The notes beneath the pieces were generated by a model. The model was given only the letters and a program-made list of their open reading frames with translations, made no database searches and was not told the DNA's origin. Below, piece by piece: positions 1 to 11,528 of a DNA stretch of 64,000 nt; the first letter of the stretch is position 1, and each line of letters starts with the position of its first letter. Source of the DNA: Massalongia carnosa (Eukaryota); assembly GCA_965645245.1 (NCBI GenBank), contig OZ287069.1, positions 620,001 to 684,000 of the forward strand. The letters run 5' to 3'. The position numbers and the translations under genes are program-made.

Positions 1-974
1 GAGTTTGGATTTTGGAGGCTTTGGTTCTGAAGCTCCTTGGCTTGAATAGCTTCAACGAAGAAACTACCATCTGTTCCATTTCCAAGTTTCCCGTACGGAT
101 CTTTTGTCTCTCTCGATTGAGATAGGAACCTGTTTGAAAGAGAAGCATGATCGTTCTCACCTATGATCACTTCCGGGTCTATTGATTCCGCTTTCTTGAT
201 GCGGGATTCAGTAGCTTGTACCGTCTGACATAAAGCCACTGGACTGCTTATGAATGTCTCTTCATTCTGGATATCCTCATTGAGTCTCTCCAGATTTCCG
301 GCAGTTGCAGACATAAGTGGAGTTTGGTTTGGCTCAACATCGTGATAACGGGAAGCCGCAGGAGTTTCCAAAATAGTTGTACTAATACCAAATGGCGTAT
401 CTGGTGTGGAGCTGTGTGGGCGGCCGATATAAGACAATAGCTGTGAAGCCTTAAATCCTTTATCTGTTTGTTCATCTTCATTGTCTGAGGCGTTTCTATC
501 ATATCCAGAAGACGTGACCTGAACCTCCACACTTTGAAGATTCTCGGGGCTCCCGCGTTGGATTTGCAACATAACTCGTCCGATCTGGAAAGTATCATTT
601 GGGCGGAGATGAATAGATGACCTGGCCGGGGAGGACCTGGTCAAAATCATATCCAAATCTTCCTTCGTGTCCCATCCTGGTACATTTATTTGAATGTCGG
701 AGAAACTGTGAAGGACAATCGCCCATTGTGAGACAACTAATACAACTATCAACGTGTGCACACGCAGGAATAAAGCGTAGCATGCAAACTAACATAACGC
801 AGCTACGTGGCAGCGTGCTTTGTTCTCTTCCTGTGTGACAACTATGTTATCCGCATGATCCAACGTATTACAATACAGATAATATCTGGCTGGTTCATCA
901 TTGAGATCGAAGGTGGAAAGCCGAGTTGCTGAGTTATCTGATTGAAGTAGTTGACTCAGGCAAGCTTTCGGCAT
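1..974 (-). CDS. Hypothetical protein, 5' part only (runs off the left edge)
   Basis: ATG at 974 (MPKACLSQLL...). A GTTAGT...TAG intron at about 737-793 joins ...VAALF to VSQWAIVLHSFSD..., and that frame stays open to base 1. S/T/E/P-rich. No family recognised. Confidence 0.6.
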
Positions 975-1355
975 CGTGAATGTAGCATGAAAGTCATTGT
1001 GGAAAAAGTAGGTAACCCTTTTAGTGGGAGACGAAAGGCTTGGGTGATATTTAAATTTCACTCCCAGAATCTAGCAATTTTTACACTATGCCTCTTTTGA
1101 ATTAAAGTGTTTGTTTTTACTCCTATCGACTCGATTTCAACGTCATCGTAAGCCCCAATTTTCTAGTCTTGGATTGCGCCTTTTGGGTTGCTAACAGGGG
1201 TGTACTAAGCCTACTCTATACCGTCCACTCCATTACACTTTCTTGAGAGAACACAGACGAAGAATTAAGAGGAGGAAAATTTTGATTAGATCTCCTCACA
1301 CCCAAATGTACTTTTGAATCATCAAAAGCCAAAGCACATAAAAGCCACCGCAAGA

Positions 1356-2491
1356 TTATTCATTCAAACCTACAATTTCTGTATCCTCGTCTTCCTCTAA
1401 GATCTGCAGCTTACTCAAGCCGTAATCGAACTTCCGTGCCTGGTGCGAACTACCAAATGACACGAGAACCACGTCTCTCTACTTCGGGTCTTTGATTAGA
1501 GTAGTGGACGGTGATGATAGCGCTGCGACTCGAATGAGAGATCGGATGACGGAATAGATCCTGCCCGCATCTCCGATGCTCCATTCTAGTAGCCTGCTGT
1601 TGCTCCAAATACCGTCGTTGTCTATCCGGCAAAAACGGAAGGCAACCCCGTCGGACGCGATACCGTACACGATGGAATTGAGCTTTCGCTCATCTTTGCG
1701 GCAAGCGTGAACGATCCCCATGTAGGCAACCAATTGCGCCATGGATCGGTCTGTCTCAAATCGGCGCTTTGCTTCCACAGCCAATAAATTGGTGGCCAAG
1801 GTGTTCTTCTTCAAGCTGTCATACCAGATACTATAGTCCACATACCCGCTGAGCAGCTTCGTCTCCCCAAGATGGGTAACTTGGCGTGAGAGAAGTGTTT
1901 CGTGTTGGAGCTCAAGCTTTGCTGGATCTTCTAGGGCACTCGAATCAGGATCCCTGGATGCTTTAGCGGTGGAAGGTTGTGCATGGGAAGTATAGCTAGG
2001 GATTTCTTCTGAAGTTTGGCTGAACTGCCAGATCGACCGGTTGCCTTCGTAGATGCTGGAGATAAGAATTGGTCAATAATAGTTCGCACAAACGCTTCAT
2101 TACTCGTCTGTCTTCCAGATTGGCTCACTGCATAGATTCTTGCAATATTATCATGAAGGTATTGCGGCACTGGCAAACTCGGTGTATTACCCCACAAAAA
2201 GTCGAAGCCTTCTCGCAAATTAAAAAGATTTAAAGCTCCGTAAAATACAAGCGAGGTTGGTGCAAGCTGGTAACGTAAGTACATGTCTCGTCCCAATCGT
2301 CCCGATAGCTTGAGACTTACGACTGGCATGGGACCTGTAATTTTGATTTCTCTAGCTCGATCCCTCAATGCTTTCCATGCATTCTCATAATCATTTGGTT
2401 CGCTTTCGAAGAACTTATCAAGAAGTTCGAAGTCTAAAGCTCTCTTTCTTTTCCTAGCCTCCTTCGCGACGGGAGGTGCTGGGGAAGTCAT
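1356..2491 (-). pseudogene. Disrupted PD-(D/E)XK restriction-endonuclease-fold protein (fungal Crinkler/REase-like)
   Basis: Motifs SGYVDYSIWY...LLAVEAKR...AQLVAYM...VYGIASDGVAFRF. A 1-nt loss near 2070 separates ...RTIIDQ from ILISSIYE... An in-frame TAG at 1479-1481 is followed by 40 more codons (RDVVLVSFGSS...RKFDYG...) to TAA at 1356. Confidence 0.7.
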
Positions 2492-2911
2492 AACCAAGGA
2501 CGAATCTCACTGAGATTTGATGTTAGATCAGGTAAAAGGATATGGGCAAATGTCAAATGAAGTAAGAAGGTGAGTTTTGATAGGTTTGGGGTGGTTTTAA
2601 TAAAGATAGGGGGCTAAATCAAAGTTAGACACGGAAAATATCATTTGTAAATGGTTGTGGGAAATTATTGAGACCAGTTCGGACGCAATCACGTGTGTCG
2701 GTATCAAATCTCAATGCGGGTCTCATCTTTCTGGAAGATGAAAGGTGTTTGTTGTTTTCAACCCGCACTATCTTCAACCTGATCCAGTAACAAGAAAGTT
2801 AATCCAAATACGAAATCCAGACCTAGGGTATCTTGTTGACGAAATCGTGTCTCCCAAACGCCTTATAATTATCCTCCGTTGCAAACGCTTCGCTAATATA
2901 CTTGAAACAGC

Positions 2912-4512
2912 TCACACCGCGTTTGATCCTGCTAGTCCCTTCAGGCTATCGCTCACACTTTCGCTTGACATGTTAGTGCCTGTCACAGATCTCTGTTCAG
3001 CGACAGTCCACGACCTACTCCTTCCAACGACTGGTGGGGTCGGGGAATGGTGGCCGAAAAAAAGATGGAAGAGCATTTTGCAAGGTGTCCAGGAAGTCGT
3101 GATATAGATGACTGAGTTCCAAAAACCCATGAGCGGTAAGACAACTGCGGAGGCAAAGGTGAAGGGGACGGAAACGAGGTCGGGATGAACGAGGGAGTAG
3201 ACGCGGTTGATGGATGATGGAACCTGGGATCCAAAATCAGCTCGTATCGTCTAGATGATAGCCTGCCTGTTTTTGAGTAGTAGGATAATGCGCATTAGTA
3301 GAGAATGAAATCGTGGCTTACCCATGTGATTAGAAGTGACACAAAGAAGAGTAAAGCACACTTAGTGTATGCCCAGGCCGCAGTATTAGCCTCCATTGCT
3401 GCCTTGGTTTTCCTATAACTCAAAGCCTCTCCGCTTGGCGTTGAAGGCATTGGTAGTTTTGGGGCCATTGATGTAGAGGCTATAGTGATAGTATAACGGT
3501 CGTACTCTCGGTCTACAGGCGACTTACCGCTAACGTTCATGCTCACTGTTGTATTCGATAGGGCTTTTCGGGGAGGAGGGACGACTTCGCTTGTGATATT
3601 GACCTCTGTAGTTTTGTAGCTGTCAAATGGATCTTCGATCTCTATGGCATACTGAGATGCCCGAGAAAAGCTACGCAGTTGTTTACGGTTTAGATAGATC
3701 TCCCTGCCGGCCATAGAATAGATAGTGAAGGCCACGATGATGCAAATCCTACGCCGTCGTAAGCTAGTTGTAGCTAAGTGAACTGTTAGATACCCACCAA
3801 GCTGGTACGTAGCAAAGTGCCACCCTCAAGGCAATCCATTCGATTGATACCCAGCACCAAAGCTGAGCGGAAGGGTTACTTAAAGACTCGTATAGTAACC
3901 TGAGACAAAATATCTTACGGTAGCTGGGCCGTATATATGACCTTTATCTTTGGTCTCAATAAATATATATACCATGGCGACTATGAATGGCACTCCATAG
4001 CTCATCAAGTGATATCTCCATTCCAGAGCTTTCAGTTGCTGCGCATTATATTTTCGAAATAGGGTCAAGTAGACATTTATGGCCATGGCTAAATTCCATA
4101 GAGCATCTGCAGGTAGAAACCTAAATCGCATGTTCAGCAAGAGCTGATGCTACTACTGAATGGCAGGGGCGATGTACATCTGAATGAGAATGCCTTGAAA
4201 CTGGCAGAGATGGGAGTTCTTTCCTGCTCTAATGCCAGATTGCGACATTAAAGTGGCAATATTGCACAAAGTATTGCCTACCTCCCTTCGTTAATAGTTT
4301 GAAGGGCGACTCTAACTAACGAGTCTTTCCGGAATGATTTATTCCGTACCTATTGAAGCATAGAAGACAAGGCGATTGATGGGTTTCCTAAAAGCTGACG
4401 AATAGATGAAGGTTACCATAACAAAAGACGTCCCCAACAACGAGAAACATGATGCTATGCGCTCGGTTGTTTCAAGAGACTTGAGCTGACTGGCGTTAAG
4501 ATGATGTACCAT
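2912..4512 (-). CDS. cAMP-receptor-like G-protein-coupled receptor (fungal Crl/GprH/GPR-1 class), about 6 exons
   Basis: Spliced hydrophobic segments ERIASCFSLLG...FRKPINRLVFYAS, CQFQGILIQM, FLPADALWNLAMAINVYL, YGPAT/LWCWVS, AWAYTKCALLFFVSLLITW/VPSSINRVYS, PLMGFWNSVIYITTS. GT-AG introns lie between them. Confidence 0.9.
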
Positions 4513-5982
4513 AATGCACAGTGTCCTAATTTCTATGAAAGAGAGCAAGTAAATATTTTGCGAAAGAGAGGAACTGATTCGACTGTCTTCTGGGGCATTC
4601 TTCAATATTATTATAACGGCGTTGTTTGGAAAATCGAGAATCGCCGTGACCCAGAATTACCGCATGTTCCAAGCATAGGTAGAGAATACTGGTAAGTATC
4701 AAAGCTTCTGCTGCCATGGATCTGCAGCGCTACCTACCGAATGCAGGGAAATGCAAGAGAAGACGGTTTTCTGTCGAAGAGCAAATGAAAGACTTGACAG
4801 ACACGTCTCCACGCGCGCTTTCATTTAGCGTTATAAGTTCAGAGGGGTCGAGGCTCATCCTAGACGTACGTGCACAGCACCAAAACGATAATGAGGACAT
4901 AGCGGTAGCCACGGGTTTCAATATAATGAAGATAAGCGCCCTTCTGGATGCTTTTAGCAAGAAAGCTCGTATTAGCTACCACCTGAGGAACAAGCTCCTA
5001 ATGCTACTTCTGGCCAAAAAGCCGCCGTGCTCGAAAATCTCGAGCAACAACTGTTGCTGTAAACGTACCTGAAAGGACTGAAAGGAATCGTCCATGATTT
5101 CTTAAAGCAAGTCATCATCCCATGCATCCCGTCTATCAAAGGATCTCTGACCGCCTTATGAGGACTATGACCCGTTGTGCTTTGTGATATGGGGAATTAA
5201 ATCCAATGACTAGTAACCACTCCTCGCATCAGCTGTGCCGAGCCAGAAGCGCGGTACAGTAGACATTGGAGCTATTCAGCCAAAGGTGTAGTATGATGTA
5301 AAAGGGTGTTAGCACATAATGCAATACCAGAGAACCGAAGCAAGCATGGAAGGAGCGTGTTGATCACGATTCACGACTTAAGTGATGGTCCAAGACGGTA
5401 AACTACTCAGTACCTAGTCAAAGAAGTTCTGGGTCTTCTGGATGAACCGGCGGAACCCGGAACGTGTCACAACAGCGAATGCAGAGCTCGCTAATCCACT
5501 TCGTAAAAGGTATGCTAATGCCACCTTGCCGTCATCTGTGGCTAGCCTGTGAATATGGGCTGGGGTCTGTCGGAGTTGGTTGGTATGAGTGTGCCTAAGT
5601 ATTCGAGTACTCTCTTTACTCCACACAGATGCCGCTTTCAAGGGCCTCCAATCGACGATTCCTCGATGAAAAATTTAGCTGGCAAAGCCAGCAAGCAAAC
5701 AGGAAACAGTCCAGAAGTACTCTGAATGCTACTTTCTCAAGTAACCTCAAGGTTAGCCTGTGCTTGACGGAGGTCAGCGTCAGCCACCACTGAGGTCCAA
5801 CCGTGAGCATTTAGTTTGTCCCCACCGTTTGCTTCCCTGATTAAACCTTGGAAGATTCCTTCTGCCTTTCTTGCCCAATGAGCTCCAGCAGCCATCAGAT
5901 TCGACCTGTTACAGCCAACTGGCTTACGGGCTGATAATAGGAAGAAGTGTTGTGGGCAAAGAGGACCCTACCCACCTGGCGG

Positions 5983-6010
5983 CAGAGTGCAGAGTACGGA
6001 GTACAGAGTA
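5983..6010. repeat. 7-bp tandem array CAGAGTG-CAGAGTA-CGGAGTA-CAGAGTA
   Basis: Read directly. An inverted counterpart TA-CTCTG-TA-CTCTG lies at 6439-6452. Confidence 0.8.
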
Positions 6011-6204
6011 CAAGCCAAGGAGCTGACCCGAGTGCCTGATAACGGGAATTCCTACCTAGGCACGCTAGGCTCGTTAGGCTGACCCCCAAGACGCCACAAC
6101 GCTAACTCAGCTCACTAGTTCTCAAACAGCAGGAATTTCCGACTGCCGACCAAGATCTCTTGAACGACTTCTCGCTCTTATGTATCTACCTCTCTCCCGC
6201 GGCC

Positions 6205-6309
6205 TAATCGTCGGCTAGTCGCTCGCTTAATCCTCTCCCTCCAAGAAGCATTCGCTTCTAAAATGCTTCTTGGAGGGAGAGGATTAAGCGAGCGACTAGC
6301 CGACGATTA
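6205..6309. repeat. Perfect 48-bp inverted repeat with 9-nt loop
   Basis: 6205-6252 is the exact reverse complement of 6262-6309. The loop is CGCTTCTAA. Confidence 0.97.
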
Positions 6310-8445
6310 CCCCAGAACATATTTTATCCCTAGACCCGCCACTTCGAACTACTTAGAGTATGACCTGTGGCAAAAAACTTGTCGCTCGATAGCTCTATCA
6401 AAAGGTCAAACTAGTTAACCATACAGGCACCCTGTCAGTACTCTGTACTCTGTGCCCGGCAATGTCGTCTAGGCAAAGAATCGCATCATTTCCCTTCTCC
6501 CCTCGGCCAAAATAGGAACCCAGGTGGGTATTTGGCTTGTTGAAGCATAGAATGATTGCAGTTTTCTGGCTAGGAAAGGAGTCGTATGCGACATCTTTAT
6601 TTATGGTGGCGATAAGCTGAGCGAATAGCTTCTTCAGCTCAACACATTCTACATTTCTTTCGTAAAAGACTGATGGATCCTTTCATCATTATCTCTAGGC
6701 CAAAGCTCGTGTCAGCCACCAAATATAAGAAATGGCCCTCAGTCAATTCAAATAGAGGTGCTAGCACCTTCGATGATGGACTCCTCAGGAATTCCAACGC
6801 CTGTTATCATCGATTACGTTGTTGATCTGAAAGTTTGGTAGGCGCTTATCACCTGTTACCTTTCTCGATCTATATTTATCCAAAGAACCTAACGGGGATA
6901 TCGTAATTGAAGAGTTTTGGGTGCTCGAAGACCGTGCAGCTGTCATCGAGATTATCGGTGCTATGGTCGTTGTTGTATACGCCCACAAATGAATCTATAA
7001 AGAGAAACAACGCAACGTGGTCTGCCAAGTCCCATTAGAGAGTAGTGGCCATGGATGAAACAGTTCATTCGAAGGATCAATGCAACCCAAAGAGCGAGCG
7101 TCAAGTTTCAGCCCAAACATAGGAATAAGTACCTATGCACATTCAATCCTAATACTGTAGGGGCTTATCAGGCTCTCACTGAGACTAACCCTCTATCTCT
7201 CTACAAATCAGCCACGTCAAATGCAGTAAGCCGTACCTACACATAGCGTCAAATCTTTCCTTTTCGCCATTTTTTACCTATTTCCACCCATCGGCTGCTC
7301 AAACCCTCTATGTGGTCATCTATCTCTTTGCGCTATCGCATTTTCAGACTCATCTACAAGTATTCTGCTCCAGCAATCTTGATCCGAATAACTCGCCTTT
7401 TTATATACAGATAGCCGGACTCCCAATTATATCATTTTGTTTACCTACCTCCAACCCGGTTAATTTCAGAACAACTGAAGAAGGGGCATACAATCGACGG
7501 ACCGAGCATTTCTCGTATTATCATCTCATATCAGAACCCCCGTGCTTCTATCATGAATAGGTACTATAAACCTTTGAACCAAGCAGACCCTAGTTTTCAG
7601 AAGAACCATCTTTGGAAAAGGCCTAATAGCTATTCCCCATCCCTCTCCTTATTCATCTCGTGCGGCTCCCTCTATCGCGCAACATCCTCCTCCCCTCCCC
7701 CCCTCTCTCTCCTCTCCTTGTTTCCCCACCTCTAGAGGGCAAACCTGATTCGTAAACCCATCACCACCACATCACCACCCTCCTTCCTGAGAAACTCCCG
7801 ATACCATATACCTGCCTACGTCAAGAATTACTCAGCCAAACACCGCCCCCTCTCCCCCCCTCCGCCCTCCGCCCTCCGCCCATCCCCCCACTTCGCTCAC
7901 CATTCCTAATCCTCTCAGGTCTCGAAAGCCAAGGCACCTAATCTACTCCAAAGCGAACAGATCGTAAAACGTCCAGTCCATTAAAGCAATCAACCATTCG
8001 GTATTTAAGTTTTCACTCACACAAATGATCGAGTTCATACAGATTCTATTGACTAAAATCAAATTCACTAGTCTACCCGCCCTACCTCCTTAGCTGCTAT
8101 AACTGTTAAAGACGGTATTAAACCTATGTACGTATACAACCCCATGGGATAGCCAAAAAAAAAGTGGGGGGGGGTGGGGGGTGAGAAGAAGATGAAGGAG
8201 AAGAAAACATAATGCTAGCTAGCTACATGGTTTATTGAATGGTGCAAGGAAACAAGAATGGCGAAATTAGGGGGATGGATGAGAGAGTGTAGTTAGAAAT
8301 GCATAGAAAAGATACATTCTCAACCTTTCCTGACGAAATCCTGTTTTCCCACTTCAACCCCAGTGGCAGATCCCCTTTCGCCCCACTAACTCCATAAATC
8401 CGCCTTCTCGCCCCATCGCTTAACTTCTCCTACGTAACTACTCCC

Positions 8446-9606
8446 TTAGGCGACCAAGTTCTGCTTTTCTAAATCTTCATACATATCTGCCTGTGCGGCT
8501 GCCATCGATAAGTGGCTCGAGCGCGTGGCGTCCGTCATGGCGGGGCTGAGCGGGCCGTCGAGGGCCTTGCACTTGACGAGCGGGCCGCCGGCGGAGGTGG
8601 AGCCAGAGTAAAAACGGTGGCGGAAGCTAACGCGGTGACGACGCGAGGGTGGTGGAGGCGAGGAGTGCGCGGGGGCGGCGGAGGCCCAGAGGGAGGAGAG
8701 GGGGAGGAAGATGGTGATGAGGGTGAGGACGTTGGAGGACATGGCGGGGAAGGGGGTGAAGTATTGGAGGATGGAGAAGATAGCTGAGGATGAAAGGAGT
8801 GGGATAAGAATTTGTTCTTTTGCTCGTTTAGGATGGTGGAAGGGGGTGTGCTTACCAGGAATGATTAAGGTCTGGCAGCCCATGATGAAGATGATTTGTA
8901 TGGGGCCGAAGTGACTAAGGCCTAGCTTGCGGCGCTCGTAGAGGGCGACGGCCAGCTTGGCAACGAAGACAGCGCAGAACCAGCAGATGCTGATCGAGGT
9001 TGTGATGTTGGACGCGCTCCCTAACCAATTGAGATCGGTCAAGGCTGTGGCGGTGATGATGTGACGCGCATTTTCGACACAGAGCGCCAACCGGAAGCTG
9101 ATGGCCATGAGGGCGATGAGGTTAGAGAGTGCGTAGATGGCGCGACGATAGCTTTCGCGCATAATCACGCACACGACGCGGATCTGCAGGAGCAGAGAGA
9201 CCTCAGCGCAGACAAGGAGGAGGGTGGTGAGTACCGCCGCTGCAATGGAGATGGCGTATGCGGAGCGCGGAACCCGCGAATAGTCTTGACCGAAGTAGGC
9301 GTAGGTTTCCGAGAAGGGGCCTGTAAAGTAGAGGCATGATAGCAAGTTGCGGACGAAGTTTAGGCTTAGGGATAGGCAGTTGATGAGAAAAATTGGGGAG
9401 CTGCGCTTCTCAGACTTAGTCAGGAGAAGAAGCACGATCAGGAGGACCAGTGAGGCGCCGAGCTGGGATGCGTAGTTGATGCAGATTTGGACGTTATAAA
9501 GGATAAACTCGTCGAGATCTGACATGGAGACGTTGAAAGGGGTGCTGTCAGAGAGGAGGAGAGTGAACTGTTGGTGGAAGGGATCGAAAGGTTCAGATGA
9601 CGCCAT
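8446..9606 (-). CDS. STE2: Alpha-factor pheromone receptor Ste2/PreB (7TM), one intron 8784-8855
   Basis: FDPFHQQFTLL...INYASQLGAS...KRSSPIFLINCLSL...EVSLLLQIRV...RRKLGLSHFGPIQIIFIMGCQTLIIP/AIFSILQY...IFLPLSSLWA are Ste2-family signatures. A GTAAGC...CAG intron restores IIPAIF. Confidence 0.95.
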   Translation of the reverse strand: MASSEPFDPFHQQFTLLLSDSTPFNVSMSDLDEFILYNVQICINYASQLGASLVLLIVLLLLTKSEKRSSPIFLINCLSLSLNFVRNLLSCLYFTGPFSETYAYFGQDYSRVPRSAYAISIAAAVLTTLLLVCAEVSLLLQIRVVCVIMRESYRRAIYALSNLIALMAISFRLALCVENARHIITATALTDLNWLGSASNITTSISICWFCAVFVAKLAVALYERRKLGLSHFGPIQIIFIMGCQTLIIPGKHTPFHHPKRAKEQILIPLLSSSAIFSILQYFTPFPAMSSNVLTLITIFLPLSSLWASAAPAHSSPPPPSRRHRVSFRHRFYSGSTSAGGPLVKCKALDGPLSPAMTDATRSSHLSMAAAQADMYEDLEKQNLVA

Positions 9607-10363
9607 TATTTTGGTAGGTGAAATGCTATGCAAGATTCTCTAGCAATAGGTGTGAGATGAAAGGTGGATGAGCCGCTCGAAAGCCAACGCCGAGTAGTGA
9701 CTGATGCAGGTGAAGGTTGGTAGAGAGTAAGAAGAAAGACTGGATCAATGTCAAGGTATGATTTTGGAAGAGGAGGAGATGAACGAGGAAAGAGAAAGGT
9801 GGGAAGATGTAGATGAAAGTGCAAGTATGGTATGCTGTGGTTCCTGCTGGTATAATAGGAGAGGTCTATCCACCACAATAGGTGAGGGTTCCACTCCACA
9901 ATAGTAGCGTTTCATGTGTTCACCCAAGTTGAATGTCTTGACAGCTACGCCGACAATATCAAACGGAACGATACGAGCCTATTCATTCAAGTCCCACACA
10001 GGTGATCACAATGGGTTATGCTCACTGTCGCTAGAGTGAATGGAAATTTAGGTACAGCAGCCCCAGAACTTCTTTCCGCAAGCTTATACGCATAGATTTA
10101 AACATCGAGTCTAGAAAGTCAGCGAATTCAAAATAGTGGTACTAATCCCAAAAACCTGGACGCAAGAAAATATCGCAGAATGACAAGGGAATGTGAAGCC
10201 ACCACAAATTCTTAATATTGTTCTTTCGGAAGCCTGAGTCGCGTTCCCCACCTTGAGACATTCTGAACGGAGTGTCGTAGGGAAAAGGTTTCCTTGAAGA
10301 CACACGAACTTGTGAAGGCTTTATCCTGTATTTACATTATTTGGATGATCTGAACAAATGGTT

Positions 10364-10403
10364 GAAGTGAGGAAGTGAGGAAGTGAGGAGGTGAGGAAGT
10401 GAG
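10364..10403. repeat. 8-bp tandem repeat (GAAGTGAG)x5, one variant unit
   Basis: Read directly in the STE2/PKS divergent intergenic region. Confidence 0.9.
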
Positions 10404-11528
10404 CTCGAGCTAGTGGTTAACTCCCGTGACTCCCAACGCTAAACTCGTCACGTTTAAGTTAACCCTTTTCTCTTTTAGACTAGTACTAAATTCACGTGAT
10501 ATCCTCTTGTCCCTTCAACATTTCATCCTATCTTGCTACTCAAACGATTATAATGAACTACTCCCAGGATTAATCCGGACCCGAATATCCGTTATGTTCC
10601 CCACTTTTCGTGACACCGCTGAAGCTGACTCGCGGCGATGAAGTTTATGTTCGGCGATTAAGGACATTTGACCGCCGAGAGCAACCCCGAAACTCGCTGG
10701 CAAAACATATCACACCCTCACGAGTTACGGAGATTAGGCGTTGTCTATTACACTATCCATACTCGCCGAACGTCCTCGCACCGAGTAATATTGTAACGTT
10801 GACGCCTCTATCAAGTGTTGCCCGACCGACGTCAATCAAAACTCCGAAGGGACTTCTCGTCGTTAGCGTACGAGACCTGTCGGTCGAGAGAAGCCCGAGG
10901 ATGAAATGTTGCAGGAAGCCTTCCCTCAAGTGGGATGAATATCCACTCTTAGGCCTGACATAACCGACTTAAGAGCAGACCCCACGGGGAATTTGGATCT
11001 CAATCGATGTCGGTGTCGTCAGCATGCTGCGAAAGCTCTGCAAGATGCTTTGATTCAATATGTCATTCTTTCCGTTCAATCTGTGTCGTCAAATCATAGC
11101 CCATTGTGTAGGACAGTGTTTCCCTAAACCCCTTGCCAAGGCATTTAGTGATGTGACAATGAGTTTTAGTGGTTTGTAGGATCAACCGAGAGCAAGAGAG
11201 ATTTCATTGTATGAATGAGTCCAGCTTCTCAATGCTTGACGTCATGTAAGATGAGATGAGCCTCTGGACCATCTTCGTAAGGGGCGAAAGATTGCTACGC
11301 GGGTGCTCCAGCATATGATCGAGATCGCTTCTACATAGTATGTACGCGCAGAGGAGCAAAACGACGCTAGAAAATTGATATAGAAATCCGCTCCGCCTGC
11401 TTAGACTTTTTGTCATTTGGTATTGTCTTTCAGTCTACATGTAATATCGCAATAGATTTCTTAATAATATTGGCAACTCACCCACTGAAAGAGTGGGGCT
11501 CTTTATACTCCTTTTAAGTACTACTACC

